A DNA stretch of 64,000 nt from Nitrosopumilus sp. (GCA_965219345.1 OZ244732.1:896001-960000), one strand, 5' to 3'; positions 39,904 through 51,430 are shown, counted from the first letter of the stretch. Made by a program: numbers and translations. The notes: generated from the letters alone by a model not told the origin.

Positions 39904-40818
39904 TTAGATCTCAATACCTGAAATGGCACCTTTTACACTCTCTACTCCTTTTTCAAATACTTGTTTTTCCTCATCATTAAGGTCTAATTCTATAATTTTT
40001 TCTACTCCATTCTTCCCAATAACTGCCGGAACTCCTATTGTAACGTCTGAATGACCGTATTCTCCATCAAGATATGTTGCAACTGGCATGACTTGTTTTC
40101 TATCTCTAGCAACTGATTCAACAATTGCAGAAATTGCATTTCCTGGAGCGTGTACTGTTGCGCCTTTTAATTCAATGACTTTGGCTGCAACTTGTTTTGT
40201 GTTTTGAACTAATTCATCTAATTTTTCTTTTGGAAGAAAAGATGATAATGGGATTCCTGAAACCGATGAAAATCTTGGTAATGGTAACATATTTTCTCCA
40301 TGTTCACCAATTACTAATGCTCTGATAGAATCACGAGAATGTCCTGTCGCTTCATGAATAAATTGTTTGAATCTTGACAAGTCAAGCATTCCCCCCATTC
40401 CAAATATTCTACCCCTGTCAAATCCTGAGACTTTGTATGTGACATATGCCATTGGATCAAGTGGATTTGTTACTGGAATTATCATAGAGTTATCAGCATG
40501 TTTTTTGATATTACCAACAACACTATTCACTACAGAAGCATTAATTTTTAAAAGATCCATTCTAGTCATTCCTGGTTTTCTTCCAGAACCTGCAACAACT
40601 ACAACAATGTTTGAACCTTTCATATCTGCATAATCATTAGAACCTTTTACCTCTACATCAATTCCTTGTTCTGATAACATGTGATTGATATCCATTGCTT
40701 CTCCTTGTGGAAGCCCTTCAACAACATCTAATAACAAAATTTGATCATCTAATAGCTTTAATGCAGAGAATAATGCTGCATCACCACCTACTTTACCTGA
40801 GCCAATTATAGTAATCAT
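39904..40818 (-). CDS. mdh: malate dehydrogenase (LDH-like)
   Basis: [25 protein letters not shown]. Confidence 0.95.
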   Translation of the reverse strand: MITIIGSGKVGGDAALFSALKLLDDQILLLDVVEGLPQGEAMDINHMLSEQGIDVEVKGSNDYADMKGSNIVVVVAGSGRKPGMTRMDLLKINASVVNSVVGNIKKHADNSMIIPVTNPLDPMAYVTYKVSGFDRGRIFGMGGMLDLSRFKQFIHEATGHSRDSIRALVIGEHGENMLPLPRFSSVSGIPLSSFLPKEKLDELVQNTKQVAAKVIELKGATVHAPGNAISAIVESVARDRKQVMPVATYLDGEYGHSDVTIGVPAVIGKNGVEKIIELDLNDEEKQVFEKGVESVKGAISGIEI

Positions 40819-40908
40819 GAAAAATATTGATGATTTTCAATAATTAAATCTAATGAAATTTGTTTACTATTAGACGAATTTATAAGCATTTTTGATAATT
40901 TTTAATCA

Positions 40909-42135
40909 ATGGTTATTGTAATTGATCCACAGGTAGCTGGAATATCAGGAGATATGCTTCTTTGCTCTTTGGTAGATCTAGGTGCTGACAAAAATAAGAT
41001 AATTGATGGAGTCAAACAATCAGAAAAATTTTTTCCAAATTCATCCATTAAAAAAATCGATTTTCAAAAAATTACTAAACACGGTATTCAATCTATTCAC
41101 TTAATTTTAGAAATCGAAGAAAATATTCACGAAAGAAAAGGTTCAGAAATCAAAAAGGCAATTACTGATTCGATCCAAGCTATTGAACTTTCAGAAAAAG
41201 CAAAAATATTTTCAAAATCTTGTATTGATACTCTTATTTCTTCCGAATCTATAATCCATGGAATTCCTGAAGACTCTGTTCATTTTCATGAGGCGTCTAG
41301 TATAGATACTCTTGTAGATGTTGTTGGCACTGCAATTGCTTTGGAAGATTTAGGATTATTTGATGAAAAAATTCTTTGTTTGCCTATCTCAGTTGGCGGA
41401 GGCAATGTAACTTTTTCACATGGGACCATGTCGAATCCGGCCAGTGCAATACTTGAGATTTTTAAAAATTCAAATTTAACAATTAAAGGAAATACTGCAA
41501 ATAAAGAACTCACCACTCCCACAGGTGCTTGCATTCTAGTAAATTTGACAAATAATGCTGTGGAATATTATCCTTCCATGAAAATTAATTCAATTGGTTA
41601 TGGTGCTGGACAAAAAGATTCTGAAACTTTTTCAAATGTTTTAAAAATTGTTAGAGGCTCTGAAAATAATTTTGATATTGATTCAGTTAAGATTCTTGAA
41701 ACAAATGTGGATGATGTTTCAGGAGAAATTCTGGGAAATCTAATTGAAAAAATCATGGAAAAAGGTGCGAAAGATGCTTCAATTTATCACGGAATTACCA
41801 AGAAAGGAAGACCTACAAATCTTGTATCTGTAATTTGTAGTGACGAAAATGTTGATACAATAGTTGATACCTTGGTACTTGAAACTGGTACTTTGGGAAT
41901 TCGAATTTCTGAGTCTAATCGATTCACTGTTCCTAGAACAATTCATACTGTTTCTCTAACCCTAAATGGGAAATCTTTTCAAATAAATTACAAAAAATCC
42001 TTCTTTAAAGGGAAAACTGATTTTAAAATAGAATTTGATGACCTTAAGAATGTCTCTAACACAATTAAGAAATCAATTAAAGCAACCGAGTCATTACTAA
42101 GAAAAGAGATTGAAAAACTAGAGGATTTACAATGA
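40909..42135 (+). CDS. larC: nickel-pincer cofactor biosynthesis protein LarC
   Basis: GISGDM, VHFHE, ELTTPTGA, GYGAG, ETNVDD, ETGTLGIR. Confidence 0.95.
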   Translation: MVIVIDPQVAGISGDMLLCSLVDLGADKNKIIDGVKQSEKFFPNSSIKKIDFQKITKHGIQSIHLILEIEENIHERKGSEIKKAITDSIQAIELSEKAKIFSKSCIDTLISSESIIHGIPEDSVHFHEASSIDTLVDVVGTAIALEDLGLFDEKILCLPISVGGGNVTFSHGTMSNPASAILEIFKNSNLTIKGNTANKELTTPTGACILVNLTNNAVEYYPSMKINSIGYGAGQKDSETFSNVLKIVRGSENNFDIDSVKILETNVDDVSGEILGNLIEKIMEKGAKDASIYHGITKKGRPTNLVSVICSDENVDTIVDTLVLETGTLGIRISESNRFTVPRTIHTVSLTLNGKSFQINYKKSFFKGKTDFKIEFDDLKNVSNTIKKSIKATESLLRKEIEKLEDLQ

Positions 42136-42929
42136 CCAAGCTGGATGAATTAATTAATTGGTTTGAATCTAAAAACAAAGTAATAGTTGCACTTTCCGGT
42201 GGTGTTGATAGTGCACTTGTTGCTTATGCTGCCTTTCAAAAATTAGGAAATTCTGCAATTGCAGTTACTGCTGATTACAAAACTCTATCTGAGGAAGAAC
42301 TTCATTCTTCTAAACAAATATGCAGAGAGATAGGAATAAGACAACTTTTTTTGAACTATAATGAACTTGAAAATGAAGAATTTATCAAAAATGATTCAAA
42401 TCGCTGTTTTCATTGTAGAATGGAATTAGGAGATCATTTGATTGTATTGGCCAAAGAGCATAATGTTCGAGTAATAGTTGATGGAACCAATCTTGATGAT
42501 TTAGGTGAGTATAGGCCTGGGATTGAAGCTTTAAAACAACATGAAATCAGGAGCCCACTTGTAGAGACCAACTTTTCAAAATCAGAAGTTAGAGAATCTG
42601 CTAAATCTGTAGGACTATCTGTTTGTGACAAACCATCAAACTCTTGTTTGGCTTCCAGAATACCTTGGGGACAAAGAGTCACAGCGGAGAAATTAACTAG
42701 GATAGAATTTGGAGAAACAATTGTTAAGCAACTTACAAATGTAAAACAAGTTAGAGTTAGAGATCTTAACGGTAGTGCAAAAATTGAAGTTGACAAGGTT
42801 ATGATATCATTATTTGATGATGCTATTTTGAAAAAAATTACTAAAAAGTTGAAGATGATTGGATTTTCTGCAGTTGAAATTGATCGGGATGGATATAAAC
42901 CAGGAAAAATTAATGTGATTGTGGATTGA
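42132..42929 (+). CDS. larE: sulfur transferase LarE
   Basis: SGGVDS PP-loop, RCFHC, DGTNLDD..YRPG, CLASRIP. Confidence 0.95.
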   Translation: MTKLDELINWFESKNKVIVALSGGVDSALVAYAAFQKLGNSAIAVTADYKTLSEEELHSSKQICREIGIRQLFLNYNELENEEFIKNDSNRCFHCRMELGDHLIVLAKEHNVRVIVDGTNLDDLGEYRPGIEALKQHEIRSPLVETNFSKSEVRESAKSVGLSVCDKPSNSCLASRIPWGQRVTAEKLTRIEFGETIVKQLTNVKQVRVRDLNGSAKIEVDKVMISLFDDAILKKITKKLKMIGFSAVEIDRDGYKPGKINVIVD

Positions 42930-44095
42930 TTTATCTAGATAATGCAGCATCAACCCAAATTCATGAAGATGTTTTGAATTCAATGCTACCATACCTCAAA
43001 GAACAATATGGAAATCCATCATCTCTACATCGTTCTGGTAGATTAGCTCACAAGGCAATTGAAAAAGCTAGAAAACAGATTGCATCTCTAATTAATGCAG
43101 AACCTTCTGAAATTTTACTCACGTCAGGTGGTACTGAATCAAACAATACTGCATTAAGAGGAATTGCTATGAAAAATCCCTCCGGACAAATCATCACGTC
43201 TTCTATTGAACATGATGCAATTTTAGAACCATGTGAAAAATTGGCCCAAAATGGATTTTATATTGATTATCTTCCAGTAAATCGGCATGGTATGATAGAA
43301 TTCTCAGATCTAAAAAACCTTATTTCTGAAAAAACCAGTCTTGTCTCCATAATGTTTGGAAATAATGAAGTTGGCACTATCCAACCAATCTCTGAAATTT
43401 CTAAAATATGCAAAGAGCACAAAGTTCCTTTTCACACTGATGCCATACAAGCAGTTGGGAAAATTCCAATTGATGTCAAAGAATTAGGTATAGATTTACT
43501 GTCTATTTCCTCTCATAAACTCTATGGCCCTAAGGGAATAGGTGCATTATACATCAAAAATGATATCGATATTGTTCCTGTAATTTTAGGTGGAGGTCAA
43601 GAACATGGATTGCGTTCTGGAACAGAAAATGTTGCAAGCATTGCTGGATTTGGAAAGGCATGTGAAATTGCAAAAAATAATTTAAATGAAAATATCTCAC
43701 AAATGAAAAAACTACGGGACACTCTAGTTGAAAAAGTATTAAATGAAATTCCTGAAGTGATTTTGAATGGTCACTCTCAATCTAGATTGCCAAACAATGC
43801 TCATTTTACATTTCTTGGTGTTAATGGTGAGGATCTAATAATCAAACTTGATGAAAATGAAATTGCGGCATCCACAGGTTCTGCATGTTCTGTGAATACA
43901 CAAAAAGCCTCACATGTTTTACAAGCAATGGGATTTTCACATGAACAAATCACTGGTTCCTTGCGATTGACAATTGGAATTTTCAATAATCAAAAAGAAA
44001 TTGAACAAACAGTTAGTGTTCTCAAAAAAGCAGTCAAAGAACTTCGTTCAGTTTCTCCATACAAAGAAAAATATTCATTTGTTTCTAAAAGTTAA
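42926..44095 (+). CDS. iscS: cysteine desulfurase (IscS/NifS type)
   Basis: YLDNAAST, TSGGTES, SSHKLYGPKG, STGSAC. Confidence 0.92.
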   Translation: MIYLDNAASTQIHEDVLNSMLPYLKEQYGNPSSLHRSGRLAHKAIEKARKQIASLINAEPSEILLTSGGTESNNTALRGIAMKNPSGQIITSSIEHDAILEPCEKLAQNGFYIDYLPVNRHGMIEFSDLKNLISEKTSLVSIMFGNNEVGTIQPISEISKICKEHKVPFHTDAIQAVGKIPIDVKELGIDLLSISSHKLYGPKGIGALYIKNDIDIVPVILGGGQEHGLRSGTENVASIAGFGKACEIAKNNLNENISQMKKLRDTLVEKVLNEIPEVILNGHSQSRLPNNAHFTFLGVNGEDLIIKLDENEIAASTGSACSVNTQKASHVLQAMGFSHEQITGSLRLTIGIFNNQKEIEQTVSVLKKAVKELRSVSPYKEKYSFVSKS

Positions 44096-44895
44096 ATTTT
44101 AATTTGGAATTTATTTCTGGATGCCAGAATTATTGTTATGATACCTACAATCAGAATCATCATTGCAATAGTGCCAAATTCGGGAACTATGTAAGTTCCA
44201 ATAATTTCAATATCTGAATCTCCTTCTTCAAAATTAATTGTTATTACTCTGGAATCTGAATTTACTACTGACTCTTGATATGCAACTTCGATTCCGTCAA
44301 TGAGAATTATGAAAGTATCATCTTTACCATTTTGTTTTTCAGCACCTATGAATTCTCTAGGTAAATCTAACGAAATGGTTCCCTCATTTGTTGACTCTAT
44401 TTGTACTATTATTGCAAAAGTTTCAGGATCCACAGTCATGTCTTTAATGGTACCTCCTTTGACGGTATACTCTACATCAAATGTTCCCTGATTTCCTGCA
44501 TTAATTTCAAAAATGGTTGTGGTTTCAACTGACTCTGATTTTGGTGTATAATTAAATTCAGCTTCTGCAGTATTTCCTTCTCCATATGAAACCCTAATTA
44601 AATAATCACCAGAATTTTTCCATAATGGGCCTTCTGCAATTACTGTGTGTGAATAACTCCCATCTTGTGCTACTGTAATTTGTGCAATTTCTACTAGATT
44701 TTCTTCCAGAAAGAGCTGAAATGTAACAGGCGTACTTCCTATAACAATGGATATATTTCCTGAAACTACAATTATGTCTCCTTCAACATAGATATTATTG
44801 TCTGTTTGAACATCAATTAGAGATTCTTGTGCAAAAACTGTTCCAGTAGAAATAATTAGTAAAGCTACTATGCTATAAAATATTCTGATTTCCAC
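44092..44895 (-). CDS. PEFG-CTERM sorting domain protein
   Basis: Signal peptide; VPEFGTIA plus TM helix and basic tail. Confidence 0.9.
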   Translation of the reverse strand: MEIRIFYSIVALLIISTGTVFAQESLIDVQTDNNIYVEGDIIVVSGNISIVIGSTPVTFQLFLEENLVEIAQITVAQDGSYSHTVIAEGPLWKNSGDYLIRVSYGEGNTAEAEFNYTPKSESVETTTIFEINAGNQGTFDVEYTVKGGTIKDMTVDPETFAIIVQIESTNEGTISLDLPREFIGAEKQNGKDDTFIILIDGIEVAYQESVVNSDSRVITINFEEGDSDIEIIGTYIVPEFGTIAMMILIVGIITIILASRNKFQIKI

Positions 44896-44964
44896 AAGTT
44901 TTCAAATACATGTTTGTATATTTCCTTTACTATCAAAAACAAAAAAATAAAAAAAGTTGTGATT

Positions 44965-45819
44965 TTAGTATCTTGGTATGATGCTAAGTCTTGATTTTGC
45001 AGAAATTGCAATTATTGAGATAATTGCTACTGCTAGAATCATGGCTGCAATTGTACCAAATTCTGGAATCACAAATGTACCAACAATTTCAATTTGCTCA
45101 GTGCCTGCTGGGAACATTACTGTTACTTTATTTGCAACAATTTCAACATCATCCCATTCTTCTCCATCAACCAGTACCATGAAGATACCTTTTTGGACTG
45201 TTTTAGATGGGGTTACAGTTAATGTCCCATCATCTTCAGAATTGATGCTAATGACAATTGAATTATCATTAGTATTGAGCATTGCACCAGTTACCATTCC
45301 ATCTGAAATACTGTATGGTATACATTGACCGCTAGCAGATATATCATTAACACCACATTGTTTGGGCGTTGGTTGTGATTTCTGTGGAATTCCACCAATT
45401 AATTCAACTTTTACTTTGTTACTTTTTTCAGCACTGCCATAGTTTACTTTAATGATATAGGTACCATCATATTTCCACAGCGCACCTGCTGTGTTTAAAG
45501 TAGTCTCAAAACTACCATCTTCTGCTACAGTGAGTTGATCAATTGTAACAATGGAGTTTAGTGGATTCACAACGGTAACTGTAATTGGAAATCCCGATAC
45601 ATGTGCTACTTGACCTTTTACCATAATCATGTCATTATGTCCATAAGCAGTTTCATCTGTCCAAACAGATACTGGTAGATCTTCTAGCAGCATCTCATGT
45701 GCTAGTGTTTTAGCATCTTCAGGATACATAGTGTGTCCATCTGCATATGCTGATGACATGGTTAAAGTAGCGACTGTAGTCAAAATGGCTAGTATCGCAA
45801 ACGACGTACGGCTGTTCAT
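44965..45819 (-). CDS. PEFG-CTERM sorting domain protein
   Basis: IPEFGTIAAMILAVAIISIIAISAKSRL. Confidence 0.9.
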   Translation of the reverse strand: MNSRTSFAILAILTTVATLTMSSAYADGHTMYPEDAKTLAHEMLLEDLPVSVWTDETAYGHNDMIMVKGQVAHVSGFPITVTVVNPLNSIVTIDQLTVAEDGSFETTLNTAGALWKYDGTYIIKVNYGSAEKSNKVKVELIGGIPQKSQPTPKQCGVNDISASGQCIPYSISDGMVTGAMLNTNDNSIVISINSEDDGTLTVTPSKTVQKGIFMVLVDGEEWDDVEIVANKVTVMFPAGTEQIEIVGTFVIPEFGTIAAMILAVAIISIIAISAKSRLSIIPRY

Positions 45820-45881
45820 CTTGTTGCGATTTACACCTGTCTCTATTTATGTATATTTAAAAAGAGAAAAAAGTTGTGATT

Positions 45882-46739
45882 TTAGTATCTTGGTATGATG
45901 CTAAGTCTTGATTTTGCAGAAATTGCAATTATTGAGATAATTGCTACTGCTAGAATCATGGCTGCAATTGTACCAAATTCTGGTATTACAGTACCATCTA
46001 TGACCTCTACTGTAACAGAAGCATTATATCTGTTATTGTCATTTTGGTATGCAGTTATAGTGTAGTCACCATCTTGTTTCCATAATGGCCCACCTGTGGT
46101 AAACACAGAAGTGAATTCTCCATTAGTATTTGGTACTACTTGATCAATAGATACTACATTTCCATTTGGTGAAGTCACAGTCAATGTAATAGCTTCATTC
46201 GTTCTGTCAGTAGATCCTGTAATCTCAATCGTTGTGGATCCTTCAACAGCATCTGCAGAAATTGTAAGTCCTGCATCTCTAGTATCCGTTGATGTGGTTG
46301 TTAGAATACCTCCTGTCTCTAAATTAGATTCAGTTACAGAAGTTTCTGCGGTCATTCCGCCGTTTACTTCAACAAGTATTGTTAAAGTATACAATGAATT
46401 TGCAACTACAGCTTGCATTGCTTTAATTTCATATACTCCATCTGCGGACCATCCTGAACCAACTTTGATTTCAGTTGAAAAGTCACCATTAACGTCTGGT
46501 GATATTTGATCGATAGCTACTATATTTCCATTTGGTGCAGTTACAGTCAATGTTACATCTGTAACATCTGAAGCTGTTGTTCCTGTAACCATAATAGTGT
46601 CAGAACCTTCATCCGCCATAGCTGTCAGGGACATTCCTAGACTTTGAGCAAAAACGTCTTGCTGAACTGAGGCCATTGATATTAATGACAGCGCCATAAT
46701 GGCTATTGCCATTGATGTTGTAGAACGTTTAAAATTCAT
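45882..46739 (-). CDS. PEFG-CTERM sorting domain protein with an internally duplicated domain
   Basis: Two TLTVT.PNGN.V.IDQ units; PEFG tail. Confidence 0.9.
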   Translation of the reverse strand: MNFKRSTTSMAIAIMALSLISMASVQQDVFAQSLGMSLTAMADEGSDTIMVTGTTASDVTDVTLTVTAPNGNIVAIDQISPDVNGDFSTEIKVGSGWSADGVYEIKAMQAVVANSLYTLTILVEVNGGMTAETSVTESNLETGGILTTTSTDTRDAGLTISADAVEGSTTIEITGSTDRTNEAITLTVTSPNGNVVSIDQVVPNTNGEFTSVFTTGGPLWKQDGDYTITAYQNDNNRYNASVTVEVIDGTVIPEFGTIAAMILAVAIISIIAISAKSRLSIIPRY

Positions 46740-46801
46740 CCTAATTCAATCCAGCTATCTTTGGTATTTATGTATATTTAAAAAGAGAAAAAAGATGAAA
46801 T

Positions 46802-47713
46802 TTAGTATTTTGGTATGATGCTAAGTCTTGATTTTGCAGAAATTGCAATTATTGAGATAATTGCTACTGCTAGAATCATGGCTGCAATTGTACCAAATTC
46901 TGGTATTACAAATGTACCGATTATTTCGATTTGTTCAGCACCTGCAGAGAATTCTATGGTAAGTGTTCTATCTGTTGATGAGGCAATTTCATCAAAGTCT
47001 ACCTCTTCGCCGTCAACTAAGACAAAGAAATCGTCATCTTCACCATTGAATGTTGCATCCAACACAGATCTAGGTATTGTGATAGTCAGTGAGCCATCGT
47101 CTGTAGCATCAATAGAAATGATCAGTGAATTCGCATCCACATCAGTCATGATACTTATGAGTTTTCCACCTGTAATCTCATATCCTATCAAATCAACAGA
47201 ACCTTGGACTGAAACTGTAGTATCAGTAACTATGGATTCTTCCATCACGGTTCCTCCGTCCATAGTTCCATCCATAGATCCGTCCATTAAACCGCCAAAT
47301 TCAAATGATGTTTCTGCTGATCGATTTGCATTTCCATATTGAGCTGTTATTATGTACGAGCCCTCTACTTTCATTAATGCTCCTCCAGCAGTAATTTCAG
47401 TGCTGAACTTCTTATCCGCACCAACATCAACTTGTGCTATTGATACCAAGTTCCCATTAGGAGCTTTAACAATAATACTTACTGGAACACCATACAGATC
47501 TTGAACTTCTCCTGTTACTAGAATCGTTTCACCCTCTGAATAGGATGCTTTGTCTGTAGTAACAACAATCGAGTTTTGTATTTGTCCAAATACTGGCGTC
47601 ATACCAATACTTACAATCAAAATTGCAGATAAGGCAAACACCGATAGATGAGTTTTCATCAATTTTACGCCTAAATTTACACTATTTAATGTTGTGAAAA
47701 AATTTATTGACAA
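46802..47713 (-). CDS. PEFG-CTERM sorting domain protein (likely start at MKTHL, ~47659)
   Basis: Signal peptide; PEFG tail. Confidence 0.9.
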   Translation of the reverse strand: MSINFFTTLNSVNLGVKLMKTHLSVFALSAILIVSIGMTPVFGQIQNSIVVTTDKASYSEGETILVTGEVQDLYGVPVSIIVKAPNGNLVSIAQVDVGADKKFSTEITAGGALMKVEGSYIITAQYGNANRSAETSFEFGGLMDGSMDGTMDGGTVMEESIVTDTTVSVQGSVDLIGYEITGGKLISIMTDVDANSLIISIDATDDGSLTITIPRSVLDATFNGEDDDFFVLVDGEEVDFDEIASSTDRTLTIEFSAGAEQIEIIGTFVIPEFGTIAAMILAVAIISIIAISAKSRLSIIPKY

Positions 47714-47830
47714 AAAAGACTCTTTATGCCGAATTTCAGACTAGATATATATTAACCCGAACGTGAATTTTTGACAGTTTGTGTGTATTCTTTATTGTTA
47801 CATTTAATGTTCTTTGTGGAGGTGTTGTAG

Positions 47831-48082
47831 ATGGCAACTAAGAAAAATCAGGTTTTAGTCCCTGATCATATCTATGTGCCAAAACATGAAATTATTACCA
47901 AACAGGAAGCTGAAAAAGTTATAAAAAAATACAATTGTAAACCAACTGAATTACCTTTAATCTTTGTAAATGATCCTGCAATTTTGGGACTTGGTGTAAA
48001 ACCTGGTGATATGATTAAGATTACTAGGAAAAGTCCAACTGCTGGTGAGAGTCTCTATTACAGATATGTGGTGGAAGTATAG
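47831..48082 (+). CDS. rpoH: RNA polymerase subunit H (Rpo5)
   Basis: HIYVPKHEI...DPA...GDMIKITRKSPTAG..YYR. Confidence 0.98.
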   Translation: MATKKNQVLVPDHIYVPKHEIITKQEAEKVIKKYNCKPTELPLIFVNDPAILGLGVKPGDMIKITRKSPTAGESLYYRYVVEV

Positions 48083-51000
48083 ATGGTACATCCTTCTACA
48101 AAACGCTGGCCAGTAATTCAAGATATCTTAAAACGTGAAGGCATTGCACGTCAACATCTTAATTCTTTTGATGAATTTTTAGAACGAGGCCTTCAAAGTA
48201 TTATCAACGAAGTTAGCCAAATCGACATTGAAAACGCTGAATACCCTTACAAAATTCAACTAGGTAAAGTCAAACTGCAACAACCAAGAATGATGGAACT
48301 TGATGGTTCTATTACTCATATCACACCAGCTGAAGCAAGACTGAGAAATGTTTCATATTCTGCACCCGTAATGATGGAAGCTAGTGTTGTAGAAGATGGC
48401 AAAATTTTGGAATCTAGATTTGTTCATATTGGAGATGTTCCGGTTATGGCAAAATCAAACGCATGTATCTTACATAATTTCTCCACTCAAAAATTAGTTG
48501 AACACGGAGAAGATCCAAATGATCCAGGTGGTTATTTTATCATCAATGGTTCTGAGAGAGTCATTGTAGGATTAGAAGATCTTTCTTACAACAAAATTAT
48601 TGTTGATAGAGAAACTGTAGGTGGAAACATTGTTTTCAAGGCTAAAGTCTATTCATCAATTGTTGGTTATCGTGCAAAATTAGAACTTGTCATGAAAAAC
48701 GATGGATTAATTGTTGCTAGAATTCCTGGCTCCCCAGTTGATATCCCAGTTGTTACATTGATGCGAGCACTTGGATTAGAATCTGATAGAGAAATTGCTG
48801 CAGTAGTTTCATTGGTAGACGAAATTCAAGATGAATTGGAAGGTTCATTTGAAAAAGCAGGTGATGTTCCAACATCAAAAGATGCAATTGTTTACATCAG
48901 TAAAAGAATTGCACCTGGAATGTTAGAAGAATTCCAGATAAAACGTGCAGAGACTTTACTGGATTGGGGACTGTTACCACACTTGGGCAAACATCCTGAA
49001 AATAGAAAAGAAAAAGCCCAATTCCTAGGTGAAGCAGCTTGTAAACTATTAGAATTAAAACTTGGATGGATTTCTCCTGATGACAAAGACCACTATGGAA
49101 ACAAAGTCATAAAGTTTGCAGGACAAATGTTGGCAGACCTGTTTAGAACTGCGTTTAGAAATCTTGTTAGAGACATGAAATATCAATTAGAAAGATCAGG
49201 TCAAAAACGTGGAATTAATGCAGTTGCTGCAGCAATTCGTCCAGGAATAATTACTGATAAACTAAACAACGCTATTGCAACTGGAAATTGGGGAAGAGGA
49301 CGTGTTGGCGTTACCCAACTACTTGATAGAACCAATTACCTTTCAACAATTAGTCACCTTAGAAGAATTCAATCACCTCTAAGTAGAACTCAACCTAACT
49401 TTCAGGCTAGAGACTTGCATGCAACTCACTTTGGAAGAATCTGTCCAAGTGAAACCCCAGAAGGCTCGAATTGTGGTTTAGTGAAAAACTTGGCACTATC
49501 TGGAATTATTTCAGTTAATGTTCCCTCTGAAGAAATTGTAGAAAAACTCTATGAACTTGGAACAGTACATTTCTTTGATGCCAAAGAAGACTTGAAAAAA
49601 GATGGAACCAGAATATTTGTTGATGGTCGTCTAATTGGATATTATAAAGATGGTGAAGAACTATCCGAATCACTTAGAGATCTTCGAAGAAACTCAAAAA
49701 TTCATCCTCACGTAGGAATCTCATTTCATAAATCTGACGTTGATGTAGCCACAAGAAGACTTTATGTTAATTGTAATGCAGGACGTGTCTTACGACCGTT
49801 AATCATTATCAAAGATAACAAATCATTGCTAACACAAGAATTATTGGATAAAATTTCAAAGAAATTACTTTCTTGGACTGATCTTTTGAGAATGGGAGTC
49901 TTGGAAATGATTGATGCAAATGAAGAAGAAAACTGTTATGTTACTTTAGATGAAAAAGATACAAAAAAACACACTCACCTTGAAGTATTCCCACCAGCAA
50001 TTCTTGGTGCGGGTGCTTCAATCATTCCATACCCTGAACATAATCAGTCTCCAAGAAATACATATGAATCTGCAATGGCAAAACAAAGTTTAGGATTCTC
50101 TACACCAATGATGAATACAAGTACCTATGTTAGACAACACTTTATGCTATATCCACAAACCCCAATTGTTAACACTAAAGCAATGAAGCTTTTAGGATTA
50201 GAAGAGAGACCAGCTGGTCAGAATTGTGTTGTTGCAGTATTGCCATTTGATGGTTATAATATTGAAGATGCCATTGTACTTAGTAAAGCATCGGTTGATA
50301 GAGGCTTAGGAAGATCTTTCTTCTTTAGAATCTATGATGCTGAAGCAAAACAATACCCAGGTGGAATGCGTGATAACTTTGAGATTCCAAATGCTGAAGA
50401 TAACATTAGAGGTTACAAGGGAGAACGCGCATACAGACTGCTAGAAGAAGATGGAGTTGTTGCATCAGAGGCTCCAATCAAAGGAGGGGATATTTTGATT
50501 GGCAAAACTAGCCCACCACGATTTATGGAGGAATACCGAGAGTTTGAATCAATTGGTCCATACAGACGAGATACCTCTATTGGTGTAAGACCCTCTGAAA
50601 CAGGAGTTGTAGATACTATTGTTATGACACAATCAAACGAAGGTGGAAAAATGTACAAGATTAGAGCAAGAGACATGAGAATTCCTGAGATTGGTGATAA
50701 GTTTGCATCAAGACACGGACAAAAAGGTGTACTTGGAATTCTAGCTAAAGCAGAAGATTTACCATATACTGCAAATGGAATGTCCCCTGATGTTTTGATT
50801 AATCCTCATGCATTCCCCTCAAGAATGACAGTTGGAATGATGATGGAATCAATTTGTGGAAAAGCTGCAGCATTACGCGGAAAGCGATTTGATGGCTCTG
50901 CATTTGTAGGGGAAAAAATGGATGACGTTAAACCAATAATGGATGCACATGGTTTCAAATATTCTGGTAAAGAAATTATGTATGACGGAAGAACTGGAAA

Positions 51001-51430
51001 ATCATTCCCAGTTGAAGTCTTTATTGGGGTTGTATATTACCAAAAACTTCATCACATGGTTGCAGATAAAATCCACGCTAGAGCACGTGGACAAGTTCAG
51101 ATGTTAACCAAACAACCAACAGAAGGAAGAGCAAGAGGTGGTGGATTGAGATTTGGTGAAATGGAAAGAGACTGTTTGATTGCTTATGGTGCTTCAATGA
51201 TCCTAAAAGATAGATTGCTTGATGAGTCTGACAAATCTGATATCTTTGTCTGTGAAAGATGTGGTTTGGTAGCTTATCATGATGTTAAACAAAGAAAATA
51301 TGTTTGTAGAGTTTGTGGCGATAAAGCCAAAGTATCATCTGTATCAGTAGCATATGCGTTCAAATTACTCTTACAAGAAATGCAGAGTCTTAATGTTGCA
51401 CCACGATTACTAATCAAGGAGAAGGTCTAA
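48083..51430 (+). CDS. rpoB: RNA polymerase subunit B (Rpo2)
   Basis: GYFIINGSERV, GDKFASRHGQKG, GGLRFGEMERD. Confidence 0.99.
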   Translation: MVHPSTKRWPVIQDILKREGIARQHLNSFDEFLERGLQSIINEVSQIDIENAEYPYKIQLGKVKLQQPRMMELDGSITHITPAEARLRNVSYSAPVMMEASVVEDGKILESRFVHIGDVPVMAKSNACILHNFSTQKLVEHGEDPNDPGGYFIINGSERVIVGLEDLSYNKIIVDRETVGGNIVFKAKVYSSIVGYRAKLELVMKNDGLIVARIPGSPVDIPVVTLMRALGLESDREIAAVVSLVDEIQDELEGSFEKAGDVPTSKDAIVYISKRIAPGMLEEFQIKRAETLLDWGLLPHLGKHPENRKEKAQFLGEAACKLLELKLGWISPDDKDHYGNKVIKFAGQMLADLFRTAFRNLVRDMKYQLERSGQKRGINAVAAAIRPGIITDKLNNAIATGNWGRGRVGVTQLLDRTNYLSTISHLRRIQSPLSRTQPNFQARDLHATHFGRICPSETPEGSNCGLVKNLALSGIISVNVPSEEIVEKLYELGTVHFFDAKEDLKKDGTRIFVDGRLIGYYKDGEELSESLRDLRRNSKIHPHVGISFHKSDVDVATRRLYVNCNAGRVLRPLIIIKDNKSLLTQELLDKISKKLLSWTDLLRMGVLEMIDANEEENCYVTLDEKDTKKHTHLEVFPPAILGAGASIIPYPEHNQSPRNTYESAMAKQSLGFSTPMMNTSTYVRQHFMLYPQTPIVNTKAMKLLGLEERPAGQNCVVAVLPFDGYNIEDAIVLSKASVDRGLGRSFFFRIYDAEAKQYPGGMRDNFEIPNAEDNIRGYKGERAYRLLEEDGVVASEAPIKGGDILIGKTSPPRFMEEYREFESIGPYRRDTSIGVRPSETGVVDTIVMTQSNEGGKMYKIRARDMRIPEIGDKFASRHGQKGVLGILAKAEDLPYTANGMSPDVLINPHAFPSRMTVGMMMESICGKAAALRGKRFDGSAFVGEKMDDVKPIMDAHGFKYSGKEIMYDGRTGKSFPVEVFIGVVYYQKLHHMVADKIHARARGQVQMLTKQPTEGRARGGGLRFGEMERDCLIAYGASMILKDRLLDESDKSDIFVCERCGLVAYHDVKQRKYVCRVCGDKAKVSSVSVAYAFKLLLQEMQSLNVAPRLLIKEKV

